A stretch of 64,000 nucleotides of DNA, from the NCBI GenBank assembly GCA_963764075.1, contig CAVXQZ010000002.1:76915-140914 (forward strand), read 5' to 3'. Positions 52,748-61,853 of the stretch are shown here, piece by piece; positions within the stretch are counted from its first letter, which is position 1; each line of letters begins with the position of its first letter. The notes beneath the pieces are model-generated. The model searched no databases. It was given only the letters and a program-made list of their open reading frames with translations, and had not been told where the DNA came from. A program made the position numbers and the translations under genes. The DNA is from an uncultured delta proteobacterium (GTDB lineage: Bacteria > Myxococcota_A > Polyangia > Polyangiales > Polyangiaceae).

Positions 52748-53836
52748 ATGGGGTGGACAAGCCCGAAACGAGTACGACAACTGGGATTGGTCGCGTCCGT
52801 ATGGAGCGCACTCGCGTGCGGCGGGAACGACGCCGTCTTGCGATCCGGTGATGCGGGAGCGTCCGACGACGATCGGTTGCGTGGAAGCACGGGCGGGCAA
52901 GCTGCGGATTCTGGCGCGGCCGGAGCCGACGCGGTCGGCGCAACCCATCCCACCAGCCTAGCCCCCGCCGACGCTTCCGACTCGGGCGACACCGCAAATA
53001 CGTCGTGCGCCGGTCCTCTGACGTTCGCGGACCCCGACGTGGAGACCGTCGTGCGGCTGGGCATCGGGCTCCCGAACGGGCCGATCCATGAGGCCGATGT
53101 GGTGGGTCTTACCGACTTGAACTTCGAAACCGTGTTTGCTGTTGGGGGAAATGTGCTGTGTCCTCCCGACGGGGGCCAGGAAAACGGCGGCTGTACCGAG
53201 TACCCGAGTACACCTCAGGCCGACGGCTATATTACGTCGCTGCTCGGCGTGGAGTGCCTCCCCAACGTGCGCTCGGTCGAAGTCGATCCCTTCTTTCTGG
53301 ACCTCACGCCGCTTGCGGCTCTTCCGAACCTCGCCACCATTTCTTTCGGTCCGACCGAAGAGTCCAGTTTTCCTCAATTGCCTCAAGTCACGGCGCTCTA
53401 CGCGTACATCGAGGGCACCACGGCAGCGATCTTGTTGGCGATGCCCTCGCTGCGATCGCTGGAATTGGCCGGCGCCGTCGACTTAAGTTCGAGTTCGGCC
53501 AGTTGGGCGCTCTGGGCGCTGACGGGTCTCAGAAGGCTCAGCGTACCGAGGAGCGGGCTCGTCAACACGGTCCCTCTATCTCACCTGACCAATCTGACGG
53601 ACGTGGATCTCAGCGGAAATCAGATTCAGGACATTTCAGAGCTAGCGATGCTCCCTGCGCTCCGGAGCCTCGACTTGAGCAACAACCAGATTACCGATCT
53701 CGCACCCCTGGTCGCAAACCCGGGCCTCGGCTTCGGAAGCGCCATCGATGTGACGGGCAATGCATTGGACTGTACGAGTCAAAACATCGCGACGCTGCGG
53801 GCGAGAGGCGTCACGGTACTCACGGACTGCCCGTGA
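52748..53836 (+). CDS. leucine-rich-repeat secreted lipoprotein
   Basis: Lipobox WSALACGG. C-terminal LRRs LTNLTDVDLSGNQIQDISELAMLPALRSLDLSNNQITDLAPLV. Start taken at the internal ATG at 52748. Confidence 0.8.
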   Translation: MGWTSPKRVRQLGLVASVWSALACGGNDAVLRSGDAGASDDDRLRGSTGGQAADSGAAGADAVGATHPTSLAPADASDSGDTANTSCAGPLTFADPDVETVVRLGIGLPNGPIHEADVVGLTDLNFETVFAVGGNVLCPPDGGQENGGCTEYPSTPQADGYITSLLGVECLPNVRSVEVDPFFLDLTPLAALPNLATISFGPTEESSFPQLPQVTALYAYIEGTTAAILLAMPSLRSLELAGAVDLSSSSASWALWALTGLRRLSVPRSGLVNTVPLSHLTNLTDVDLSGNQIQDISELAMLPALRSLDLSNNQITDLAPLVANPGLGFGSAIDVTGNALDCTSQNIATLRARGVTVLTDCP

Positions 53837-53933
53837 TGGGCCGCGCCGCTGTCCCGTCGGATCGGAATGAGCGTCCGGTGCGCCCTCTCGAGAGCGGCCG
53901 CCTCGCCTGCCACTTCGTGTACCCTCCCGGGGC

Positions 53934-54809
53934 ATGACTCCCCGGAGCCGTGCAAAGACGCCGGACGTAGCTCCTGAAGAGCTCGAGCGGGTCGTGCGCG
54001 AGGCAGCGCGCGGCGCGGCGGGTCTCACGAAGACCGCACTCCGCAAGCGGGTACCGGTCTCGTACCAGCGCCCCGCCAAGCACGTGGACGCCGCGATCGA
54101 CGCCCTCGTGCGAACTGGAGCCATGTTCCTCCTCGAGGAATCGAAGGGGGCGCTCTATTTCGAACACGATCCGCTCGCGCACCTCGACGGTCTCGTTCGC
54201 GAGCGGCTCTCGACACCGCGGACCCAGCGGGCGCTCAAGGCCTGGGTCGGTGAGGTCGCGCCCGGGTACGACGTCGCGTTCGACGGGTGGTTCAAGCGCG
54301 CAACGAACGGTGCCGTTCTTTACGAGCAGAGCCCACTCCCCCGGTCGAAAGCGAAACGCTTCGGTCGAGAACCCGAACCGGTGGACGTTGCCGCGCTGCT
54401 CTCCCCGGTCATCAAGTCGTTGCGCGCCACGCTGAGGAAACTCGACGCGAAGCGCGTCCCGCGCCAGCGGGTCCGCGAGGTGCTCCTCGCTGCGCTCGAA
54501 TCGTCCGGGGCAGATTGGCACGCGAACGGCGAAAAGGACGACGACCGCTCCCGTTTCGTCGCGGCTCTCGATCGGCTGGCCGCCGACGACCCCGCGACCG
54601 CGCTCCTTTCCATTCGCGCCCTGCGCCGTCGCCTGTCGCTCGACAAGAAGGCGTTCGACGATCTCGCTCTCGATCTCGCCCACGAAGGGGTCGTGGAGCT
54701 TCATTTTCACGACTATCCTGCCTCGCTCCCCGACTCGGAACGCGCAGAGCTCGTTGTGGACGCGAAGGGAACGCACTACGTCGGCATCACGCCGAGGGCG
54801 AGACCATGA
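53934..54809 (+). CDS. gene A of the candidate system: hypothetical protein with two winged-helix-like segments
   Basis: 291 aa. N-terminal segment GLTKTALRKRVPVSYQRPAKHVDAAIDALVRTGAMFLLEE and C-terminal segment LLSIRALRRRLSLDKKAFDDLALDLAHEGVVELHFHDY. The stop overlaps the start of gene B. Confidence 0.6.
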   Translation: MTPRSRAKTPDVAPEELERVVREAARGAAGLTKTALRKRVPVSYQRPAKHVDAAIDALVRTGAMFLLEESKGALYFEHDPLAHLDGLVRERLSTPRTQRALKAWVGEVAPGYDVAFDGWFKRATNGAVLYEQSPLPRSKAKRFGREPEPVDVAALLSPVIKSLRATLRKLDAKRVPRQRVREVLLAALESSGADWHANGEKDDDRSRFVAALDRLAADDPATALLSIRALRRRLSLDKKAFDDLALDLAHEGVVELHFHDYPASLPDSERAELVVDAKGTHYVGITPRARP

Positions 54810-56755
54810 GCGGACTCGCAGCTCTTCCAAACCCGTTTCGCGACAACGTGGTCCAGGACGCGTGGCAGGCGACGGTCGACCTACCCGAAATCCACGCCGG
54901 CGCGTTCGACGCCTGCCTGGCCGGAATCGACTGCGCCTCCCGCGGTGTGCCGGACTCGCTCCTCATTTACGGCGTCGCGGGGTCGGGCAAAACGCACCTT
55001 CTCGGGCGCCTACAGCGGCACCTCACGGACACCGCACGAAGTGCGCCCGACGCCGTCCTCCGGTGCGTGTTCAGCTCGATACGCCTCCAGACGACGCGTG
55101 ACCTGCTCTGGCAGCACCTGCGCCGACGGTTCGCCGCCGACCTCATGCGCCGTGAGCAAGGGTTGACGCAGCTCCAGAGGCTCGTCGCTCACCAGCTTGC
55201 CGTTTCGGACGGGCACGGCCCCCGCGCCGGGATCCTGGAGCTACGGGTCCTTCGCGTGGAAGACGAGCCGACGCTCCTTCAACGGCTGCACGACGTCGGC
55301 GTGCGCCTCGGACTGCCGCGCGACCTCGCGATTGCCCTCGAACACCTCGTTTTGAACCGGAATGTGCGCGACGCGTCTGCGTGGCTCGCGGGCGAGAGCC
55401 TGCCCGAACAAGTCGCAGCGGCGCTCGGGCTCGGCGCCGAAGCCGACGAAGATCGCGAGCACGTCGCGCACCGGGTCGTGACCGCGCTCTGTCGGCTGGC
55501 CGGAGGAACGCTGCCCATCGTCTTCTGCTTCGATCAGGTCGAGTCGCTCCAGCGAACGCGGCACGACGACGAAGCGTTCTTCGCGTTCGGGCGCATGGCC
55601 TCGGATCTCTGCGACTCCGATCCGAACGTGTTCCTGATCACGTGCTTGCAGTCCGCGCTCCTCGAACCCTTTCGCGACGCGATCCGGCGATCCGACTGGG
55701 AGCGGATCGCGCGCCGGAGCGTGGCGCTCGATCACCTCACGCCGGTCCAGGTCGAGAAGCTCGTACGGGTGCGTTTGGAGGCGCACACCGAGCTCGCGAG
55801 CCTGCGCGCGAAGCGCTCGCGGGAGCCGTTCTACCCGCTCGAGGCACCCTTCGTCGCCCAGCTCGCGCTCGAGTCGCCTTGTGTCGCGCGGCGTGTCCTC
55901 GCGCTCGCGGCCCGGGAGTTCGAATCGAAGCAGCTCGGGCGACGCCCGTCAGGAACACGCCCGGTCGCGGAGTTCCTGGCACGCGAGCTCGAAGACCGCA
56001 TCCAGAAGCGTTTGCCGGCGCTGAAGCCGTCGGAGACCACGGGTATCTTGGCGCGCGGCGCCTCGCTCCTTGCCGAGCTGGCCGGCGCGGAGCTCACGGA
56101 GCAAGATCCGCGGCCGGCGGACGTCCTTCTCGCGGGGCCGCGTCGCGTCGCGCTTTCGTTCCGCAACGAGATCGACGGACGAAGTCTCACGCCGAAGCTC
56201 AAAGGCCTGCTCGCGCAGCCCTCCGGCAAGGGAGACCCGGCGCTCGTCATTCTGCGCGACCCGCGCCTTGCGCTCTCGAAAGCCGCCGCGCGGGCGCGCG
56301 AGCACCTCGACTCGCTTCGGGCGCGTGGGGCCAGCTTCGTCGAGCCGACCGTCGAGGCGCTCGCCGCGCTCGACGCTCTGGCCTCGATCCTGGGAGACGC
56401 AAAGTCCGGCGATCTAGCCGACGACGAGGCGCCGCCGCTCGATGCGGGCGCCGTATTGACGTGGGTACGAAGCCTTCGCTCGCATGCGCTTCTCGAGCCC
56501 GTCGGAGAGCTCGTGGCGTCCATTTTCGGAGGCGCTCCCGCCGGCCCCGACGACCTGGAGACGGACCTCGCTTTGCTTCTGAGCCAGGAGCACGTCATCG
56601 AGGCTGCGTCGGCGGCGAAGGTCTTGGGGGTGGAGGTCGAGGCCGTGCTCCGGTGCGGGCGCCAAGCGACGGCGCACTGTCTCGTGCTCGAAGGGCCACC
56701 GCCGGTCTTGCTCGACGTGTCCGGCGTCCCGCTGGACGGGCAGCAGCGCTCATGA
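54806..56755 (+). CDS. gene B: ORC/Cdc6/DnaA-like AAA+ (P-loop) NTPase with a long helical C-terminal region
   Basis: 649 aa. NPFRDNVV...LLIYGVAGSGKTHLLGRL (Walker A, aa 56-63), PIVFCFDQVE (Walker B-like, aa 238-246), SVALDHLTPVQVEKLVRVRL lid-like motif. ATGA overlaps at both ends. Confidence 0.7.
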   Translation: MSGLAALPNPFRDNVVQDAWQATVDLPEIHAGAFDACLAGIDCASRGVPDSLLIYGVAGSGKTHLLGRLQRHLTDTARSAPDAVLRCVFSSIRLQTTRDLLWQHLRRRFAADLMRREQGLTQLQRLVAHQLAVSDGHGPRAGILELRVLRVEDEPTLLQRLHDVGVRLGLPRDLAIALEHLVLNRNVRDASAWLAGESLPEQVAAALGLGAEADEDREHVAHRVVTALCRLAGGTLPIVFCFDQVESLQRTRHDDEAFFAFGRMASDLCDSDPNVFLITCLQSALLEPFRDAIRRSDWERIARRSVALDHLTPVQVEKLVRVRLEAHTELASLRAKRSREPFYPLEAPFVAQLALESPCVARRVLALAAREFESKQLGRRPSGTRPVAEFLARELEDRIQKRLPALKPSETTGILARGASLLAELAGAELTEQDPRPADVLLAGPRRVALSFRNEIDGRSLTPKLKGLLAQPSGKGDPALVILRDPRLALSKAAARAREHLDSLRARGASFVEPTVEALAALDALASILGDAKSGDLADDEAPPLDAGAVLTWVRSLRSHALLEPVGELVASIFGGAPAGPDDLETDLALLLSQEHVIEAASAAKVLGVEVEAVLRCGRQATAHCLVLEGPPPVLLDVSGVPLDGQQRS

Positions 56756-58671
56756 CGGTCCACCTTTCGGTTGCAGACGTCCGCGCTGCGCTCGCCGAGG
56801 CCTCGGGCGCAGACGGTGCCGGCAAGGGGGAGCCTGCGACGGCGCTCCTCGGGCGCCTCTTCCACGATACGTTCGCAGACCTCGTCGGCGTCGATCCCCT
56901 CCGGAGCGGCCTGCGCGTGATCGTCGAGGGGAGCGCCGAGACCGGTCGCCGCAACGAACAGCTCGTGGAGCACACCTGGCAGCGCCTTCTCGCCCCACGC
57001 CTCCGCCGGAACGCCGCCGTGCTGCAGGACTCCGCCGCCGAGGTCATGACGCTTTGGCGAGCCACGAAGAACCTCGCCGCGTGGCTCTCGGGGATCGTCG
57101 CCGAGCTCGTCGCGCACAGCCCCGGGCTCAGCGCCCATTGGGAGCGCGTCGAGCCCTTGCTGCGAGCCGAAGTCCCTCTCCAATGCGAGATTCGCGAGCC
57201 GGGATGGAAGGAGTCCGTACGTCTCGTCGGGTACGCCGATTCCGTCCTGCGCGTCCCCGGACGCGAGGCCTTCTGCGCCATCGAGCTCAAGCTCGGTCGC
57301 GCGATGCCGGCGGTGGACCTGGGGCAAGCGGCCCTCTACTACGTGATGCTGGCCCGCTCGGCGCCGACACCGAAGAGCGACGCGCGAAGGTCGGGCCTCG
57401 CCATGGTCCGATTCTCTCCGGGCCTCGACGAACACGTCGTCGAGGCCGCGGCGCTCGGCGGCGCCGTCGAGCAGCTCGTGCAGCTCATCGGACGCCTCGC
57501 GGGCGTGCTGCCTGACCCCCGCGCGACGAATGCCGGTCACCTTGCAGGAACGGTCGCAGCGCCAGGGCCCGAGGCGGCCGACAAGTCGGGGCCGGACGAG
57601 CCTGACACGCCGTACGCGCAAATTGGCAAGCGGCTGGCGAGCGCGTATCGCGAGCACGGCGTCGGCGTCGAAATCGTCGGGCCGCCGCGCGTCGGCCCGC
57701 GCTTTCTCCGCTTCGAGGCGCGCCTCAGCACAGGGACGAAGCTCGACGGACTTCGCCGGAGGACGGCCGAAGTCCAGCATCGCCTCGCGCTTTCGTCGGA
57801 GCCGCTGATTGTCCAGGAGGGAGGACGCCTCTACGTCGATGTGGCGCGTCCCGACCCGGAGACCGTGCTGTTCTCGGCGATCGCGTCCGCGCTCCCGGCA
57901 GTGGATTCGGTCCGGGGCTCGGCGAAAGCCGTCATCGGCGTGGATCCGGGGCGCCGAATACGTTTCGCCGATCTGGCAAGCGCCGGGCGGTCGCACGTGC
58001 TGGCGGCGGGCACGACTGGCAGCGGCAAGAGCGAATGGCTCCGGATGATGCTCGCGAGCCTCATCGCGACCAACACGCCGGAGACGCTCCGCGTCGTTAC
58101 GCTCGACCCCAAGCTCGCCGCGTTCAACGACCTCGAAGGAAGCAAATTCCTCTGGAAAAACGACGCCTTCTGGATCCCGAACGGCCGGCCTGCGAGCGAG
58201 CTATTCGAGGAGCTCATCGAAGAAATGGAGCGCCGCTATCAGCTCACCCGTCAGGCCGGTGCCGACGATTTGGCTGCCTACGTCCAGAAGACGGGTCGGC
58301 CCCTCGCGCGCATCGTGTGCCTGTGCGACGAGTATTTCGCGCTGATATCGCAGAACAAGCAGGAGAAAGCCGCGATCGAACGCGCGGTGGCTCTCCTCGG
58401 CGCAAAAGCCCGAGCCGCGGGAATTCACCTGGTGCTCGCCACCCAACAGCCAAGCCGCGCGACCGTCACCGGCGCGATTCAGGCAAACTTGCCGTGTCGA
58501 GTTGCGCTCACGCTCTCGAGCCACATCGAGTCGTCCATGATTCTCGGCGTCTCGGGCGCCGAGCGGCTCACGGGTTCGGGCGACCTGCTCTACAAAGACT
58601 TCGGGGAACCTGTTCGTCTGCAGGCGCCATATCTCCCGGACGGGGAACGCCGCAGCTTGTTTCGGTCGTGA
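56752..58671 (+). CDS. gene C: RecB/Cas4-type PD-(D/E)xK nuclease domain fused to an FtsK/SpoIIIE-family DNA translocase ATPase
   Basis: 639 aa. Nuclease motifs: CEIRE (145-149), GYADS (D163), AIELK (E178, K180), QAALY (Q192, Y196). Motor motifs: AAGTTGSGKSE (K426), IVCLCDEY (D526-E527), HLVLATQQPS. No TM segments and no gamma domain. Confidence 0.75.
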   Translation: MTVHLSVADVRAALAEASGADGAGKGEPATALLGRLFHDTFADLVGVDPLRSGLRVIVEGSAETGRRNEQLVEHTWQRLLAPRLRRNAAVLQDSAAEVMTLWRATKNLAAWLSGIVAELVAHSPGLSAHWERVEPLLRAEVPLQCEIREPGWKESVRLVGYADSVLRVPGREAFCAIELKLGRAMPAVDLGQAALYYVMLARSAPTPKSDARRSGLAMVRFSPGLDEHVVEAAALGGAVEQLVQLIGRLAGVLPDPRATNAGHLAGTVAAPGPEAADKSGPDEPDTPYAQIGKRLASAYREHGVGVEIVGPPRVGPRFLRFEARLSTGTKLDGLRRRTAEVQHRLALSSEPLIVQEGGRLYVDVARPDPETVLFSAIASALPAVDSVRGSAKAVIGVDPGRRIRFADLASAGRSHVLAAGTTGSGKSEWLRMMLASLIATNTPETLRVVTLDPKLAAFNDLEGSKFLWKNDAFWIPNGRPASELFEELIEEMERRYQLTRQAGADDLAAYVQKTGRPLARIVCLCDEYFALISQNKQEKAAIERAVALLGAKARAAGIHLVLATQQPSRATVTGAIQANLPCRVALTLSSHIESSMILGVSGAERLTGSGDLLYKDFGEPVRLQAPYLPDGERRSLFRS

Positions 58672-58777
58672 CGTGTGGCGAGCGCCGGGGGCACCCCCGT
58701 GCAGGGCGAGCCTGTCGGTCGCGTAGGGAACCCGTCGGCCCACCGGCGGGAAGCCGACCGCTAGGTTCCGGCCAAGG

Positions 58778-59812
58778 CTAGGTCCGTAGGGCCCGCGTCC
58801 ATCCCGTTCGACTTCTCAAAAGGGCTATGATCTCCTCGCGAGTTCGGCGCTTCGGTCCGAGGTCGACGAACTGTTCTGCGAGCCGATCGTATCGACCGAT
58901 CATGAGGTATGCCCACACGCTGAAAAAATCGAGTCCCTCGAAGACGATGGCCCCCTGCGATGCGTAGGTATCGAGATGCCGGTGAAACTCTTCCGGTAGC
59001 TCCGTATAGTGGCGGGTCGCCTTGAGGTGGTGTCCGATGTGATAGCCGTCGTTGAAGCAGCGCCGGTTGTAGCTCGAGTTGATGCACGTGATGCTGTTTC
59101 GGTAGCTGTTCTCGGGGGCCGCCGGGTCGACGAACGCGTGCTGTCCCCAGTTGCCGGCCATCATCGCAAAGCGCGTCATTACGAACGGCACGACGAACAC
59201 CGCTAGAGTTGCGCGCCAGTCGATGTAGAGCAGCGCGGCGACTGCGCAATAGAAGGAAACCTCTCCGACGATCGTGCGAGTAAGGAGGGAGCGCCGTCCC
59301 TTTTTTGCAAAGTAGTTCGTGAGATCGAAGAAGCCGAAAAAGAAAAAGTGCCCGAAGTAACGCAAGAAGTCCACGATACGGTCGCGGCGGTATCGCAGAG
59401 TCGAGCTAATGTCCTCATCGAGGTTGTTCTCGGGGTGGTGCATCCCGACGTGGTGAGTGAAATAGGCCTCCGGCGATTCGCCGAAGAACGGACCGAGCAC
59501 CCACGGGATGTAAAGATTCAGCCAATCCCAGGGTCGCCGGAAGAGGCGCCGGTGGCTGGTGTTGTGGAGCATCAGGACAAACGGCCCCGAGAAGTAGATG
59601 ACGAGCGCCACGTGGACCGCCGCAAGCCACCACCGGAAGCAATGCGGCACGAAGAGCGCGATCCCCGTCGGAACCACCGTCGCGCTGAGTAGAACCATCA
59701 GCTTCAGGAACGGCACGTCGCGGCGATCGTGGATCAACTGCTCGGCGATTCGTTCCACCAGGCCTGGCGCATCCGGCGGCGTATAGATCGGGTCGCGAAG
59801 GGTGATGTTCAC
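58778..59812 (-). CDS. membrane fatty-acid desaturase family protein
   Basis: Three His boxes: HNTSHR, HHVGMHH, HIGHH. Multiple TM helices. Confidence 0.85.
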   Translation of the reverse strand: MNITLRDPIYTPPDAPGLVERIAEQLIHDRRDVPFLKLMVLLSATVVPTGIALFVPHCFRWWLAAVHVALVIYFSGPFVLMLHNTSHRRLFRRPWDWLNLYIPWVLGPFFGESPEAYFTHHVGMHHPENNLDEDISSTLRYRRDRIVDFLRYFGHFFFFGFFDLTNYFAKKGRRSLLTRTIVGEVSFYCAVAALLYIDWRATLAVFVVPFVMTRFAMMAGNWGQHAFVDPAAPENSYRNSITCINSSYNRRCFNDGYHIGHHLKATRHYTELPEEFHRHLDTYASQGAIVFEGLDFFSVWAYLMIGRYDRLAEQFVDLGPKRRTREEIIALLRSRTGWTRALRT

Positions 59813-59921
59813 GCGGACTACCTTTACGATCGATCGCGCCTGGGTGCGAGCGGTCTGATTGCTCCTCCGCCCGTTCTATCTTCGGGATGAAACAGCCCCC
59901 GATCCGTGTACATTGCGCCGA

Positions 59922-61853
59922 ATGAGCGACCTGTCCCCGGCCCCTTCGCCGCCAAAGGCATCCAAGGACGTACGCCCGCCGGGCGGCTTTCCTTACCGTG
60001 CCGCGCTCGCGCTCGCGGAGGCGATCATCCCCGGTTCTGCCACCGTTCCCGCGGCCGACGAGGCCACGGTGGCCCGCGCGGAGGAAGTCCTCCGCGCATT
60101 TCACCCGAGTTTGCCGCGGGCGTGGAGCATCGCTCAGGCGACCCTTGCCGCCGCTGCGATCGCGCAAAGCGGGCGCCCCTTCGATCTTCTCACCGCGGCG
60201 CAGCAAGAGGAGCTCATTCGCCGGTGGGAGGACGACCCGGTGCTCAAGACGCCGCTCGCGCTAATGTCGGTCGTCTACAAGTTCGTGCACTTCGATCAGC
60301 GCGACGTCTACGAGACGCTGGGCGGAAAGCTCAACGTCGTCGGAGCGCTGGAGTCACCCCGCTGGCTCCGTCAGATCCAACGCGCCGAGCAATGGCGCGG
60401 CGGCGACGTGGAATGCGAAGTCGTGGTCGTCGGCACCGGCGCGGGCGGAGGCGTCGTCGGACGCGAGCTCGCGGATCGGGGCTTCGCGGTGGTCTTCGTC
60501 GAAGAAGGGGAGCACTACCGGCGCGACGCGTTCGACGGAAGCTCGGTCCGGGCGCATCAGCGATTTTATCGCGGGGCGTTCTCGGTCGGCAACATGGCCA
60601 TGCCGGTCTTCATCGGCCGGCTGGTCGGAGGCTCGACCGCGATCAACGGGGGTACCTGCTTTCGAGCTCCGCCCTGGGTCCTCGACCGCTGGTGCGAGGA
60701 CACCGATTCGGGGGACTTTTCGACCGAGGAAATGCGGCCGTATTTCGAACGCGTGGAGGCGGTCCTCGACGTGCGAGACGCCGATCGCTCGACCATCGGT
60801 CCTATCGGCGATGTCATGGCGCGCGGTTGCGACGCACTCGGCTGGAGCCACTACCCGATCCGACGCAACGCGCCGGGGTGCGACGGCTCCGGCTTCTGCG
60901 ACTTCGGCTGTCGGACCGACGCGCGCCGCGGCACGAACATCGCGTACATTCCGCCTGCCCTCGAGAAGGGGGCGATGGTCTTCACGGGGCTCCGTGCAGA
61001 AAGCGTCGCGATCGAGGGACGCCGCGCCGTCGGGGTGGACGCAATCGACAAGAACGGGCGCACCATCCGCGTCCGCGCCCGCGCGGTCGTGCTCGCGGGG
61101 GGCGCGATCCCGACGCCCCTTTTTCTTTTGAAGCAAGGCATTTGCAATCGCAGCGGTCAGGTCGGCAGAAACCTCAGCACCCACCCGAGCGGCGGGTTCT
61201 CTGCGCTCTTCGACCAGCCGATCCGCGGACACGCCCACATTCCTCAGGGCTACTGTTGCGACGAGTTCTTGCGCGAAGGAATGCTCATCACTGCCGCGCA
61301 GCCCGATCTCAACATCGCTGCGGCCGTCATACCGTTCTCGGGCCGGCGCCTGATGGACACCCTGGGGCACCTCGATCACCTGGCGAACTTCGCGATGCTC
61401 GTGCGAGATTCGACCCGCAACGGGCGCGTATGGCGCGACGTCGGGGGCATGCCGGCGATCACGTACAGCGTTGCGGCCGAAGACGTCGACCGCATGCATC
61501 AGGCGATGTGCCGCGTCGGCGAGATGTGCTTGGCGGCAGGCGCCACGAGGATGCACCCGGCCACTTTCAAGCATCGCCTGCTCAAGGGACGGGGCGATCT
61601 CGAAGCGTTCCGAGCGTCGAGGCTCGGACCGACCGACTACATGTGGACGAGCTACCATCCGCTCGGCACCTCGAAGATGGGGCGCGATCCGAAGACAAGC
61701 GTGGTCGACACGAGTCACGAAACTCACGATACGAAGGCGCTCTACATCGTCGATGGAAGCACCGTGCCCGGGCCGCTGGGGGTCAACCCGCAGCTGACCA
61801 TCATGGCCATGGCGACTCGGGCCGCCGAAAAGATCGCCGAGCGAATCAGCTGA
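59922..61853 (+). CDS. GMC-family FAD-dependent oxidoreductase
   Basis: VVVVGTGAGGGVVGRELADRGFAVVFVEEGE (FAD fold) and C-terminal HPLGTSKMG...ALYIVDGSTVP. Start taken at the internal ATG at 59922. Confidence 0.88.
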   Translation: MSDLSPAPSPPKASKDVRPPGGFPYRAALALAEAIIPGSATVPAADEATVARAEEVLRAFHPSLPRAWSIAQATLAAAAIAQSGRPFDLLTAAQQEELIRRWEDDPVLKTPLALMSVVYKFVHFDQRDVYETLGGKLNVVGALESPRWLRQIQRAEQWRGGDVECEVVVVGTGAGGGVVGRELADRGFAVVFVEEGEHYRRDAFDGSSVRAHQRFYRGAFSVGNMAMPVFIGRLVGGSTAINGGTCFRAPPWVLDRWCEDTDSGDFSTEEMRPYFERVEAVLDVRDADRSTIGPIGDVMARGCDALGWSHYPIRRNAPGCDGSGFCDFGCRTDARRGTNIAYIPPALEKGAMVFTGLRAESVAIEGRRAVGVDAIDKNGRTIRVRARAVVLAGGAIPTPLFLLKQGICNRSGQVGRNLSTHPSGGFSALFDQPIRGHAHIPQGYCCDEFLREGMLITAAQPDLNIAAAVIPFSGRRLMDTLGHLDHLANFAMLVRDSTRNGRVWRDVGGMPAITYSVAAEDVDRMHQAMCRVGEMCLAAGATRMHPATFKHRLLKGRGDLEAFRASRLGPTDYMWTSYHPLGTSKMGRDPKTSVVDTSHETHDTKALYIVDGSTVPGPLGVNPQLTIMAMATRAAEKIAERIS

